The notes beneath the pieces are model-generated. The model had not been told where the DNA came from and ran no database searches. It worked only from the letters and a program-made list of their open reading frames with translations. Source: Pomacea canaliculata (Eukaryota). Taken from it: a stretch of 64,000 nucleotides of DNA. The translations under genes were made by a program, and so were the position numbers. The stretch is from NCBI RefSeq assembly GCF_003073045.1, contig NC_037594.1, forward strand, positions 13,173,353 to 13,237,352, given 5' to 3'. This document shows, one piece after another, positions 1 through 12,110 of this stretch. Positions within the stretch are counted from its first letter, which is position 1, and every line of letters starts with the position of its first letter.

Positions 1-1951
1 AGAGCCTTTACTGACCAAACATCTGAGCATGAAAATTGACTATAAAATCTAAATGAAGAAAATCTAGGTTCCTTTAGGAAAGTCATACAAATTTTTATTC
101 ATGGTCACCAAGAAGGTTATGTGTTAATTAGAAAATCTTCCTATTCAGCTTGTTTGTATCATAGGTGACTGTAAGAAAAAAACTTTAAAACTATTTGCAG
201 GCATCTAGCCATGCACTAACAATAAGAAAAATAATTTTCATTTAAAGTTTAATTTACCAGGGCAAGTGTCATGGCTCATGAGTCACAGGTTCTGCAATAC
301 AGAACATTTCTTTCATTACAGAAAATACATAGATTGAGGATGGGTGCTCTCTCACTCCCAGTTCTGATCACAAACACTCTTGCTGCTCATCATAATGAAA
401 CATTATGCTATACAGGTATGTGAACTTTCATGTCAGGCAATCAGCAATTATAACTCAGCTGGAAACCCCTGGGTAACCTGCCAGTCCAAAGCCTGGATGA
501 AGGAGGAGGGTTGGGTGTGGGGGTAGCAACCCCACCCTGTAGAACAACCCCTGTAACAGAAACTGCAAATGCAACGTGTAGTTGCGGCCCTATTCTCCAC
601 TGGAGGTGATCAGGAACAAGAAGAATCAGCAATCATCCAAATGGTTTAGAAAATGAGGGTAACACAAGGAATTTCTAGGGGACAGTAATGTTCTTGAAAA
701 ACCAATCGTCATTTTGCTAAAATATGCCATCCAACAAATAGCTAAAGACATCTGCAGTCTGATTTATTGACTGATAGAGATAGTCGGAAAGAAGCTAAAG
801 ACACTTTGATGCTGATCAGTCTGAGACTACATGGATATAAAGTAGCTAAGAAGAGAAAAATATATCAGGGCTACTTAAGAACAAAGTTGAGTCCCATGCC
901 AAAATCAAACCCCAAAGAATATACAAGCATCCATGTCTTCTGTACTTAGGTTTAAGTTGGGTAAGTGGTTTTCTAGAGTTGCTTAATAAAACATTATGTA
1001 AGACACTCGAAGGAAACCAAAAACAATCTTGCTCCTGCTGCCATATAAGGACCCTGCCTACCCTTATGGAAAAAAAGAATAAGTTTCATTTTCATTTCAC
1101 TGAACTTTACTGTCAAACATTCCAATTCAAAATGTGTCACAGAAAAATCAACTGAGATCAAATGACCAGGCTGAGAGCTACAGATGTTTAAAATCTTTTC
1201 TTGAGAGTGCTTTGAAGATAAAGGCAGAAACAACTTTCTATTTTATATGCTTGGTAATCTGCTCCGACTACATTGCTTCCACTGTTATTTTTATAAACAG
1301 TAAATAAAATGCATTTCTTCATCATCTCCTGAAGCTTTCTCCATTAGAGCAGCATAAGCTACATGCAACAGTATTGGATTTTAACCACCACTAGGTTCAC
1401 ACCTTGTACTTTTCCTATGTCTGGGAACTGGCAACAAACTCACACAGTGTCTGCTGACACTGTTCAGATAAAGATTTGAAAACTTCATGTGTGACGAGTT
1501 ACAGCTCCATGGCAAGCAAACCTTTTAGTAGTCTATCATCAAGCAGCCTCTCCCTCACACACGCAGATGTGTCTGCTAATATACAAAATGCATATGCATG
1601 CAAAACAGGAAAAACATCTTTTTTAAAACAGATTTAAATGTGTGTAAAGAATTGTGATGGCACCCAATTAAATATTCCAAATTAGTAAAATCCTCTGCTT
1701 AGAAAAAGGAGAAAATAACACAAGCAAAGAATGGGATTATTAAAAATCTATGTAAACAGCATCGAAATTTATTTTGACTAGACCATTCTTATCATTCTGA
1801 GGGGCTCTGGCAAACAGTAGTATTACTGTGCCAAAATGAAATTTATCAAGATTGTCACACACAATGAGAGGAAAAAATGCCAAAAAATTCTTGTTGTAAC
1901 AGAAACTAGGGGAATAAAAGAGAGAAAGTCTGCTGACTATGTTGTAAATTG

Positions 1952-2151
1952 TCACCCATTGTTGGCTGCCTCTAAATTTCTTCTGCCTGTGGTAATGTCA
2001 TGCTCTTGAGTAGAGGCCTCTGTGTGGGTGACTGACACGGTAGGTGCCGACTGATGCAATGACCCATCGCCTAATGAGACAGGCATAGATGGGGTAAGTT
2101 CAGTATAGGGGGGTGGATGAATCGTGTCTCCAGGAAGGCAGCTTGATTCAC
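1952..2151 (-). CDS. VOPP1/WBP1-family protein, terminal coding exon (…GESSCLPGDTIHPPPYTELTPSMPVSLGDGSLHQSAPTVSVTHTEASTQEHDITTGRRNLEAANNG*), carrying a PPxY motif.
   Basis: Minus-strand acceptor cttcag at 2152-2157. Frame is continuous with the upstream exon (carry-in G). Stop TGA at 1952-1954. PPPY motif. Confidence 0.5.
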
Positions 2152-2438
2152 CTGAAGAACAAAGTTTGACTTTTCATTAAGGACTGTATTATTTTTCTTA
2201 AATCAGGATTCTCAAAAACATGTTAGATATCAGAACTTCTGGTACAGAAGGTATTCCTACCATAACACATAGATGAATACATGTGACACTATTTGAAGAT
2301 AAAAGCTTTCAACAATAATGAGCACAAGTTAATGCAACACACTGCTTTTGTCCATGGACACACAAACAACACACAGACATTGCACCAATACATCACACAC
2401 AAAGTGGTTTCAATAACAATGATATAAACATATGAAAC

Positions 2439-2514
2439 CTTTGGCTGATGGAGGTCCTGGGTAGGGTGGAAGATCGACTTTATTAACAGGATACAGATTT
2501 GGTTGATTCATAAC
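2439..2514 (-). CDS. VOPP1/WBP1-family protein, internal exon (VMNQPNLYPVNKVDLPPYPGPPSAK) with an LPPY motif.
   Basis: Acceptor ttgtcag, donor AAAG|gtttca. Enters in phase 0 after exon 3722-3941 and leaves 1 nt that completes GGT in the next exon. Confidence 0.5.
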
Positions 2515-2979
2515 CTGACAAATAAAGACATACTTTTAAGTCAGAAAACAAACATCATCTACTGAAGAACTGACACTAATTTTCAGTATTCTGTATTCTA
2601 GTGTGTGTGTATAGTTGGTTATTTGAGTTTTACGCCATGCCAGCAACTAAGGCTATATCACAGCAAGAGTGTGTACATCCTCATGTACACACACCTGTGC
2701 ATGCCTATACACACAAGTTCTTCATCACAACATCTAAACACAAACACATACCCACCCATAAGTTCTTAATCAAAACCAAAAAAGTACTATAATGCAACTA
2801 TTAGTCAGAACAGCAAATTAACTCAGTCTAACTCCTTCACGTAATTATATGGACTACACTCAGCATCTACATAGAAGCTCTGTTGCACATAAGTACACAT
2901 AAAAAAAAAAAGTATGCAATTATCAGGAAAAAATGTTTTAAAAAATCAATCACTGAACCAAAAACAGTGATCATTATTA

Positions 2980-3045
2980 TTCAATTCAATTCAATTCAAT
3001 TTAACTTTATTATCTCACTAGGAGAAATTAAAAGACGTGGTAAAA
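2980..3045. mobile_element. Solo terminal inverted repeat, (ttcaa)n-containing, same MITE family as 27371-27683.
   Basis: 2987-3047 is the exact reverse complement of 27620-27680. Confidence 0.6.
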
Positions 3046-3721
3046 CAACTGGCTGATAATAAAACTTAGAATAAAAACAACTTAAATTCCACTCAAACTA
3101 TCATCTCACACAAACACCTACAGTCCATGTAAATACCCGACTAAATAAGTGATTCAGTAAGACAACAATTTATTAGACCATAAAGGAAGCAACTTTTAGA
3201 GGAAGTTTCTGAAATTTTCAATCAAAACACTTTCACTGCAAAAATGGTATCGAGCAGGATCATACATGCAAAGTGTAAAACAGCAAATGGAGTTTATGAC
3301 CTCTTGTGCTTCATTTGCTAGATGAAACAGAAACCAAACAAGACAGCAGTACTGAAGATTCGTTTTCTTTGTCAAAAAATTAAGTTGATAAAAATAAAGA
3401 AAATTTAGAAGAAAGGGTGTGTGAGCAGCCCATGGCTGATATTATATGTACATTTTTAAAAATCCTTCTGCCTCATTCATTTTGGATTTAGAAAACAATA
3501 CACTTTCAGGATGGATGAAGGTACTAACAGCTAAATTTTACTTATTTTGCATACTTTGTGTAAGTTTTCTTCTTCTGTTTTAATTTTTGTATACCTATTT
3601 TTTAATAAAATAAAGTATTTTTAGGTATTCTAGGGTAACTAGCTCTATCTCATTCATGCACTAAGGATAAGTAATGGTACTTATCTTGACAAACTGAGGG
3701 TGACAGAAGAAGCAAACAAAC

Positions 3722-3941
3722 CTCTGTGTAAGGTGGTGGAAGATGTAATACATCAGGAACTGGGTCTGCACCAGGTCCAGTGTAAGCATAGTAGCTTTGC
3801 CGTGTATTAGCGCAGCGTTCATGGGTCACATGACAACGTGAAGGCTGGATCTCTGCTGACTGCTGAAGGGCTGCAAGTCTTCGACGACGGTAGTAGCCAC
3901 ATCCACCAAAACAAGACATCAAGATAAAAATGATGACGAGC
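3722..3941 (-). CDS. VOPP1/WBP1-family protein: transmembrane helix then cytoplasmic tail (W-LVIIFILMSCFGGCGYYRRRRLAALQQ…HLPPPYTE) with a PPxY motif.
   Basis: Acceptor ttttttcag, donor GAG|gtttgt. Hydrophobic stretch followed by RRRR, then PPPY. Compare human VOPP1 …LWYFWFLLMMGVLFCCGAGFFIRRRMYPPP. Confidence 0.6.
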
Positions 3942-4087
3942 CTGAAAAAAAGTTAACATAATCCATGATGTGTGTAATTTTCTCACCTACTTGTCAAAAT
4001 TATTAGCACATACCATGTTGACAGCAGTTGCCAAAGACAAAAGTATAATGCACACTAAAAAATAAAGAGGTTGAAAAAATCTTTTAC

Positions 4088-4198
4088 CAAAAATACCACA
4101 TGTTCCAAACATGCAGCCTGAAGCCACGGCTGTAGCTATTGTCATGGTCATAACAGCAAGCTAGAGCATTTTCACAGCACTTGTATGGAGGCTGACAA
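4088..4198 (-). CDS. VOPP1/WBP1-family protein: extracellular Cys-rich exon (CQPPYKCCENALACCYDHDNSYSRGFRLHVWNMWYFW).
   Basis: C-x-YxCC…CC…WYFW family signature (VOPP1 YICRSYEDCCGSRCC…RLWYFW; WBP1 QPYLCESGHCCGETGCC). Donor TTTTG|gtaaaag. Tandem acceptors cag|TTGTCAG| at 4199 or 4192; either keeps frame with a different upstream phase. Confidence 0.55.
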
Positions 4199-4489
4199 CT
4201 GACAAAAAAAATATAATGCATAATTGATACAGAAAAAAAAGAGTTCATCAACTTTTAAAAATTTTATTTAAGCTACTACAAGTTTCAAATAAAGTATGTG
4301 GCTTTATTTTTTTTGGCTTTAATTTTCTTAAAAACAAGAACCTTTAATAAACTTACTGTTCAAACTTCATTCTGTGAGTTATTATGATCATCAGCATCTT
4401 GACAATGTGTAGTATGTATGTAGGAAGTATGTATATGTATACGTGGTTGCATATGCTTGATCGTGATAACTAAGCAAATCCACACTGAC

Positions 4490-4549
4490 CTCAAGTGTCC
4501 AAATGCATGCAAGCAAGTAGAGAGAGAGATGCTGCATTATTGACAGCAT
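4490..4549 (-). CDS. Alternative candidate first exon of the VOPP1/WBP1-like gene, signal-peptide-like (M[LSIM]QHLSLYLLACIWTLE), phase 0 donor.
   Basis: Minus-strand frame MLSIMQHLSLYLLACIWTLE ends at donor GAG|gtcagt (intron begins at 4489). Not resolvable against 5697-5768 without RNA data. Confidence 0.2.
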
Positions 4550-5696
4550 CACAATGCTTTTGCTTATTTGCTACACCAATGTCACATATGTCAAAATATA
4601 AAATACACACTTCTCCCGATGTGGTATATCTGTAACTGACAATAAAATCCCTATCGCAAGAGTTTGCAAGAGAATTCATTCCCAGGCAAAGAGGGATATC
4701 TATGCTAGTAAAGCAGTACATATAAATAGATGTATATGGAACCATACTTACTACTTGTTATCACCGCAATATTCTGAAGCAACCTGCAAAAGTACAAGAA
4801 ACAATATAACTGGTGAACAAACCTTTAAACTGCATAATCTAAGAAAACACTAAAATAGAACAGAAACAGTATGAGCAAGGATAGGTAAAACTAATACAGA
4901 TGCAAAGTAAAGTAAAAAATCATAATGAACTATAAATATTATTAATATAACAGATTCTTATCAAATTTAAATTAAAGAGGATTTAAATACGGTACACTGC
5001 ACATTATTAACAGTACACTAACAATTATCAGGTGGCACAAGATGATAGTTTTGAAGGAGGCACAGACCTGTCCATTTAAATAAACACAAGCATATAAACA
5101 GACACACCCATGCATTTTGACATGTACATATATTCAACTACAGTAATACTTTATACATCACATAAGACAATAGTATACATGGTCTATAATATATATTAAC
5201 ATTTACTTAGTTATTTATTTGTAATTATGTAATAGGTTAAATCATCCTCTCCGCTCCATCACCACCACACACACAGCGTTGTAACCCTATGTCTCTAATG
5301 TTAGGCAACAATTTTGTGAATTTTCATAGTAAATAAACAGTACCAAAACAACAAAGAAAAACAATTTATAGCAATTGCCTGTAACCAGAGTACTTTCATG
5401 TTTCTCATGAATGTTTCGCAACGGGATGATCATAAACGTGATAAAATTATTGTTTCCTTCACTTGTCACCATAGGTGTCTGACAATAAATTTCTTAATCT
5501 GTCGTTATGCGTTATGCTAAATCAGTAAATGCGTATCAAAATAATTCTTATCTTTCTAGTTTCAGAAACTTCAAGTAACCACTTCCCAACTTGTATTCTT
5601 CACTAAATCGTTTTAATTGAAAGCAAAGGCGATATTTGGTAGCACTTTTCTAATAGGACTTTTCACAGGTCTGTTGTTGAGTGGAGAAAGTCTTAC

Positions 5697-5768
5697 CTGA
5701 ACAAACAATTCCTGCACGACAACCGCACAGATCGCTGATACCCGGGTAGCCCAACGGCCTGTCGACAT
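5697..5768 (-). CDS. Candidate first coding exon (signal peptide MSTGRWATRVSAICAVVVQELFVQ) of the VOPP1/WBP1-like gene.
   Basis: ATG at 5768 on the minus strand, hydrophobic signal-peptide-like sequence, strong donor CAG|gtaaga at 5696. Sits at the edge of the CpG-rich island. Confidence 0.4.
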
Positions 5769-5769
5769 C

Positions 5770-7120
5770 TTCCTCACATCAGTCGACCTGATCCTAAAAC
5801 AATGCTTGTTCAAGCGGGTACCGCTTGTTCAATACGTAAAACAAGGTAAAACCTGAAAGTTCGAGGATATGCCCGCTTGCACCTAGTTCCTGGCTTTCTG
5901 TTCTGTCCTTGACATCTCGACATCACCGACATCCGCACTTGGCGTTACCTCCCTTGTGCGGCGGTGTGTGCCGCAGCTTCGATGTTTGTGTTTGTCCGCT
6001 GATATCATGTATGTGTTACAGGTTTGCTGCTCCCCACAATATTCCTCCTTCTTTTTAAAAAGATTATGCTATGTCTGTCGCCGTAGACAGCCAGTCCTAG
6101 CTTACAACCCACGTTGTATGCACGGCGCGGTAAAGGTTGAAGTCTCTGACACAGTCCACAACCGTAAATTTAGTCCTGCGTGGTTAAAATATCTTCTGAT
6201 GTTAGTGGTGATGCAAGGAAGACATGAAGGGTTGAAAAATATATAGTTTGAATGTCAGGAAAAAAAAAACAAATATAGGGACGAAGATCAGCAGACACAT
6301 TACGCATGTAAAAATCAGGTGTAAAAGTCACGTGATACACATATCCCATTTGTAGCTCTTCCGCCGACTGCCGACACGCTTATTAATTGTTGTTGGGAGC
6401 TCTCAAAAAAATACTCGTGTCTATGGTCATACCTATATGCATGCCGACCCTTCACCCGTCACGCTTCTTCTTGTTGGGAGCTCTCAGATAAAACTCGTAT
6501 CTATAGTCTTACCTATATGCATACCAAACCTTAACCCCCGTCACGCTTGTTGGGAGCTCAGAAAATTCTCATGTCTATAGTCATACTTATATTCATACTG
6601 ACGTGCACTGCCCTTAGACCACTCGAGGAGTACACTTTTTAAACAATAAACCTTGTCAAACTTTGAGCCCTTATACTCTTATAGCTTTATTACCCCTTTA
6701 ATTATAGCACGATGAGTCACGATCGTGGCAGGGGAAGACAATTTTCATTAGTTTTATTGCAAAGTTCAAACTTTCTCCTTTCCACAAATGTATACATGTA
6801 CATGTATCCTGTTTTCTGTCCCCACCAATCCAAAGGACAGCAGGTACAGCTAGAGGGCTTCCAGTTTTAAGTACCTTGGTACAGTTATGGTAGTGTGGGT
6901 CCTGGTGTACGTGGGACATCGGATGAGGTGGGATCCCAGCGTGCAAGGGCTTTGGGTGTTTGAACGGCCCCTATAGGGAAGTGAGACTTTGGGGAGGGAA
7001 GCCTGTAATTCGATCCTAAACTGACGCGTCCATCGCGCTTTTTTTCTTCAGCCGCTCTCGATTTGGTAGCCACGTGATCGTGTCGCATCCCGATATCCCC
7101 GCGTGTACCTCAAGGTACGG
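5770..7120. promoter_or_regulatory. CpG-rich island / putative bidirectional promoter between the VOPP1-like gene (-) and the small coiled-coil gene (+). Contains CACGTG at about 7070 and a tandem repeat.
   Basis: Local rise in GC/CpG (cgcg, gccggcgcgcgg) in an otherwise AT-rich window. Flanked by divergently oriented first exons. Confidence 0.4.
6390..6605. repeat. Tandem repeat, about 76-bp unit x3 (ttgttgggagctctca…ctatagtcatacctatatgcat…cgtcacgctt).
   Basis: Three consecutive near-identical units visible by eye. Confidence 0.7.
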
Positions 7121-7214
7121 GCGGGTCACAGGGCACAGGAAGGTCACACCGGCCGGCGCGCGGACATTTTGAACTGTACGTCCATCTTCAAGTGAAACAC
7201 CGCCGATTTCTGAA
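7120..7214 (+). other. Non-coding first exon (5'UTR) of the small coiled-coil protein gene. Donor tgaa|gtaagt at 7215.
   Basis: GC-rich promoter context, consensus GTAAGT donor, no in-frame ATG. Confidence 0.3.
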
Positions 7215-7527
7215 GTAAGTCTTAATAAAGTTAAGTGAAAGATGCCATTAAAACAACTATACTTTATAACAGTGGATAGTCATGAATAATTTATGATCAT
7301 ATATAAGTATTGTAGTGCTTTTTGTGAAATGTTTCACGTGTTGTACCCGGCAGGTCTCACACATACTACATCCGCTAGCAACTCGCTTTTACATGACGCT
7401 GTCTTCTATATGTGCTGTAGATAATTTAAATGGTTTAACCATATATCCTTCTTGTTGTAAATAATCAAATTGTTTAATCGTATCTCTTGCCTACTAATTG
7501 CACGTATTTACTAATTACAGAAACGAA

Positions 7528-7599
7528 ATGTTGAGCGCGAATACGATTGGCAGAAGCAAGAGGACAGTGCATGATGGGTTCAAATTAACTAGTCAAGAG
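7528..7599 (+). CDS. Small coiled-coil protein, coding exon 1 (MLSANTIGRSKRTVHDGFKLTSQE).
   Basis: Acceptor ttacag at 7515-7520, ATG at 7528, donor GAG|gtaaag at 7600. Confidence 0.45.
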
Positions 7600-8051
7600 G
7601 TAAAGCACACTGCACACACAATCTCTCGTATCATTGATGATTAACTTCGAAGTTGAAATCTATGACATGAACTCATTGAGTCATGCTTGAAATTCGTCGT
7701 CTGCTTTCTCAATAACAGCGGTGCTGCGATTACCAAACGTTTGTGTCCGTCTTGGTGCATTCTAGGGGAAAGCAACGAGACAATCACATTGCTTTCTGAA
7801 CAACTAAAATTTTGGAAAATTAATGCAAAGCAAAAGAAAGAATTTTATTTTTGTACTTATACACTTTGAAATAAAAACAAAATGTATGAAATCCAATGCT
7901 ATGCAATGAACTTTGTCAAAGTCTGTCATTTTTCTAACAATCACTTATCTGATCACATATTTTCTTTGTCTTTAAAATGCTGCATGCCATTTTTTCAGTT
8001 TATTTTACATGATTTACAAAAAGAACTAATTATAACAATCTTTAATTGCAG

Positions 8052-8088
8052 ATCACACTGACTAGGTCTGGCTCAGTGAATTTTACCA
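8052..8088 (+). CDS. Small coiled-coil protein, coding exon 2 (ITLTRSGSVNFT + 1 nt).
   Basis: Acceptor ttgcag at 8046-8051, donor CA|gtaagt at 8089. Confidence 0.4.
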
Positions 8089-8307
8089 GTAAGTTTATTT
8101 TGTCTCCCTCTATGATTTCATCAGGATCACTATACAAGCACAGGTTTTGTGTTTTTAGTGGTCTACATGCACATCCTTATTATATCCATCTAAACATTTT
8201 CTGTTAATTAAAAAAATTGTCAATAGACTTACATCCATAGTTTTGTTTTGTCATTACTTTAAAGACTAAAAGTAACATTTTGATTTCAAATACATTTTTG
8301 AACAGAG

Positions 8308-8420
8308 TTCTCAGCAAAGTTGATGAGCAGAGCAAAACACTACAGAATGTAGTTCACAAACTGAATCAGGTCACCCTGCTTCTTCAAAATATGGGGAAAG
8401 AGGAGCTGATGAAGAAATGA
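8308..8420 (+). CDS. Small coiled-coil protein, terminal coding exon (I-LSKVDEQSKTLQNVVHKLNQVTLLLQNMGKEELMKK*). Faint resemblance to BORCS7-type small subunits, not confirmed.
   Basis: Tandem acceptor gaacagag|; the frame is kept only with the second AG (8306-8307). Stop TGA at 8418-8420. Confidence 0.35.
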
Positions 8421-11400
8421 ATTAGAACAAAAGTGGTATGTCATTTAAGTATAATGTGTTAGTACTAGACACCTTTTTTAAATGTTACCTTTAGCTTTAG
8501 CTAATATATCAGTTAATATGTATGTTATGCTTTACAGTCTTGATAAACCATTTAACAAACAGGCAGGCATAGCATCAGCTTACAGGTTAACTCTCCTGAC
8601 AAGAATGTGTGGTCAGTGTAATATTTGCATTAAAAATAATACACATTTTATGAAGTACAAAATAATGTAGTATTTTATATGCATAGATTTTATTTATAAA
8701 ATAATTCTGTCACTTGCTTTTCATGGTGTCAAAATGAGCAGTCTGTGTGTCTATTAACTATGACCACTAAAATTGTTCTACTTTCATAAAGAACAGCTTT
8801 GATTAAACTCTTAATTAACTTGGTGATTTGAGTCACTTAATGCCATTATTTTCTCTGAAGTCCCACTAGGGTTTATTTAAGAGACTGGGTCTGGTTTGTA
8901 GCTATATTCATCATGCAACCATTGATCCCTCATCAGTGGAGTAGGGTTCAGCATTATATCTTAAACTTATCCAATCCAGTGAATTAATTTATTTCGCATT
9001 TGTATTGTAGTATTTTACATGGTGGAAACAACTAAAGATTTTTTTTAACAGGTTCAGCACCTCTCGTGCACGGAGAATTTTAAAACGGCTGCTATCTTCA
9101 GAGTTGGCTCAGTGGAACCAAAGGGGAAAAAGTTTCCAGTCACTTCAGCTGAGAAGTATATTAATTGGTGTGTAGTTTTTGTTTGGTTTTGATTTCTTTG
9201 AGGTGTACGTCAATATGAACTTAAAAGGACAAGTTTCCGAACAATTTAAAAAAAATAGTGAATCTAAGTATTATTTTCTCTACATTTACAAATTTATTAT
9301 TGTGTACAATAGCATTTAAGTCTACCTTACAATTTCTATTTGTGCACAGCTGCAGTCCAAGAGACATGGATTGAGGAATGATTCGAAGGGTGATGCCATC
9401 TAATGGTGAGTGGAATTACAAAATGAGTTTGTCAAGTTAAAATTATTAATGTGAGCATTGTTTTATTCTTCGTGGATTTATTCAGTAGGCCTATTTACTT
9501 TACTTTTTGTACTAAAGATTAATTGGTTACTTTCAGATATTATCCAAAACTTCTTATACACACAAATGGCCATCAAGACATTACCGTTTAAAAATCTTTT
9601 TATTCCACTCTTGTTCAAGTTCTTGTAATCTCACTAGTAATTAGTAGATTTATGAAAGCTTTAACTCTTTCTTTACACAAGGCTAAAGGCGGTCAAACCC
9701 CCCTGTACGCATGAATTTACCCTTTTTCAAAAAATTATTAAAAAATAACTAAACAAGATAGAACAGAAATTTAAATTGATTATGACAGATCAAAATGTGT
9801 AGAAGTGGAACAATTTTACCGTAATCTTGCTCGTGAACTCACTTTTATGATAATCCAACCAAAATTAGGTATATTATGTGAAGTTTGGAAAATTTTTTTT
9901 TTTTTAACACATTTCAAACAAAAAATTCGGGAGCAGATGAAAACCATTTTTACACCATTCGTGGTCAAATTCTCCTTCATCTGAAGCAGGAATATCCTCT
10001 GGGATGTTCTTTCTTTTGTTATTTGACGTTTCAGATGCATGATGTTCGCAATGTGTACCATCGAAAAGGACAGGTAGTGTAGAATATCGGCGAGACTTTC
10101 GTTCAAACGTACGTCCTTCGTCATGTAAGGGAGATAATTGTGTTCATAAAGGCCTAAACTGTCTTATTTATTAATTTTTTCTTTTAAACCACGAGCTGTA
10201 AAGGCCTAAAAAAATTACAACAATGCATAAGCCCAATGTAAATACTGCGTAACAAGTGAGCAGGGCAAAATCGGCCACCCGTGTTGAGTGCATAAAGAAA
10301 GAGTTAAGCTTTCATCTATGTGAGAGGTTAGTTCTACTTACATAGCAAAAATCAAAATATGTAAATGCATTGTAACTTTTTTCTTTTCTTCTACAGGGAT
10401 TCCACCACTCATGGATCGATTTTTGGTGTCATATTTTTCTATCTTTTATGTAAATTGTTTGACTTTATGTTATAAATAATTATTTCAAAAATAACTTTCA
10501 TGGGGTAAAAAATTATTGACTGCAATTTTTATGTAAATAATTGGATGAATGCTTATGTTCAAAAACAATTTTAATGCTTTAAATAATGTAAACTGTTAAA
10601 ATAGTTTTTTTGGTGTAAATAATAAAATTGTTTAATGATATCTCTTGCCTACTATTTATGCGTTGTGAGGAAACGAGATTTTGAAAAGCTGTTGAATGTT
10701 TTCTTCATGGTGTGCAAGCCTGTGTACCAGTGTAAGTAAAAGTGAGAAAGGGTGAGGAATGCAGCAAGAGGGGAGTGGGAGTTGGGAGTTTGATGGGAAA
10801 ACACGACTTCTCATGGGCGATCGGTGGGTATGCAATGGTTTTTTGGTGGGAAGGTGGGTGGGTCTTTCGTGGGAAAACATGGCAACCCGTGGGAATTCCC
10901 TACGAGGTCCCCTTAGGGTCCCGCTTCCAAAACCCGAGAGGGACCCAACTTTCTTCCCGAAGAGGTCCCATGAGGGACCCAAGAGTTCTTGCAGGCTGGG
11001 ATGGAGGATGGCACGCACATACACACACACAGGGAGGATGGAGTGGTGGTCGCTGGCCGGGTGCCAACCCAGTGAAACAATGACGGGCGGAGTGGGAGCA
11101 AGTTGAAACAATAGGTGGGTGACGAGTGATCGCCGATCGGGGGGGGGGGGGGAACGGACGACAGGCCGTCTTGATTGAGGACACGGTCACGGCCCCGGGG
11201 TCGGGGTCGAAGTTAGAGATATAGCGCAGTAACCACTTCACAGGTGCGGGTGTTAATTGAAAGACCTGTGCGGAATGTGAGAACTAGACTGATGGAGGCG
11301 ATCGAGGCCCAGGGTAGTAGGGGGTGTAAGATGGAGTAGTAGCGCAATAGCGCAGTGGTCAGTAGTTGCCTCAGTATTAGAGCGATAGCGTCAGAACCGG

Positions 11401-11559
11401 GCAGATTGAGTGGCGAGTAGTCACGTGCCCTCTTAGTATATAGTTTACGGTAGATGTGTAGTCGGGGCCTTTTCCCAAACACAGGAGTAGGGTCTTTGAG
11501 CGTCGGAGAGAGAGAGTTTGTTGTGTCGAGGTTCGCCAGAGCCAGCACTATCGACTGGC

Positions 11560-12110
11560 ATTAGAATAAACGACCTGGAACCCACGAGAGTGTTGCGTCT
11601 TGTTGTTGTGGAAGGATTGGGGGAAGAGCCCGCATCTAACCCTGCTACACAGTGATAGACGGAAGGCTCTCTTTTAGCGATCACGTGAACCAAGTGTACA
11701 GACAGGCCCAGCAAAGACTACACCTGTTGAGAAAACTCCTCAGCTTCAACGTCAGCTTTGGGGTGCTGGAGACTGTTTACAGGTCTCTTGTTGAGAGCAT
11801 CCTCACATTTAACATCGCTGCCTGGTATGGTCACCTCCTCGTCAAAGACAAGGCAAGGGCCAACCATCCACCAGGCAATTAAAATTACTGGTACACCACA
11901 GCTGCCACTTTCTGACTTGTATCTCCATACAGTCAGAAAGATGGAATACCAAACACTGAAACACACCCTCTCCATCCCAACTTTCAGCTGATGCCCTCAG
12001 GCAGGCGCTACAGAGTACCACGTGCGCGAAAAGCTGATCGAGGTCCTTCGACTCCTTCGTGCCAGCAACCATCACCATCCTAAATATAAAAGAATACAAG
12101 AACTCGACCG
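11560..12110 (+). mobile_element. Non-LTR retrotransposon (LINE) ORF2 C-terminal fragment, frameshifted (…RQAQQRLHLLRKL…VLETVYRSLVESILTFNIAAWYG…GRRYRVPRC…RSFVPASITILN).
   Basis: Conserved LINE tail motifs in several frames (RLxxLRKL…ESIL…TAWYG…RYRxxxxKTxRxxxSFxPxAIxxLN). The GC-rich block 10700-11550 has mutually overlapping ORFs on both strands and is probably the same element's upstream part. Confidence 0.6.

Noticed and set aside
441-632. GC-rich patch with an ORF; possible small RNA gene or exon.
   Set aside because: No recognisable snRNA/snoRNA boxes, splice sites or homology. Left unannotated.
8308-8420. Naming the small coiled-coil protein BORCS7.
   Set aside because: Only a faint similarity in the last 25 residues (…EQS..LQ..l.hL), too weak to assign a symbol.
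10656-11241. Five mutually overlapping 60-150-aa ORFs on both strands.
   Set aside because: High GC removes stop codons. The ORFs overlap in all frames and have no homology signal. The region is contiguous with a LINE fragment, so it is not coding.
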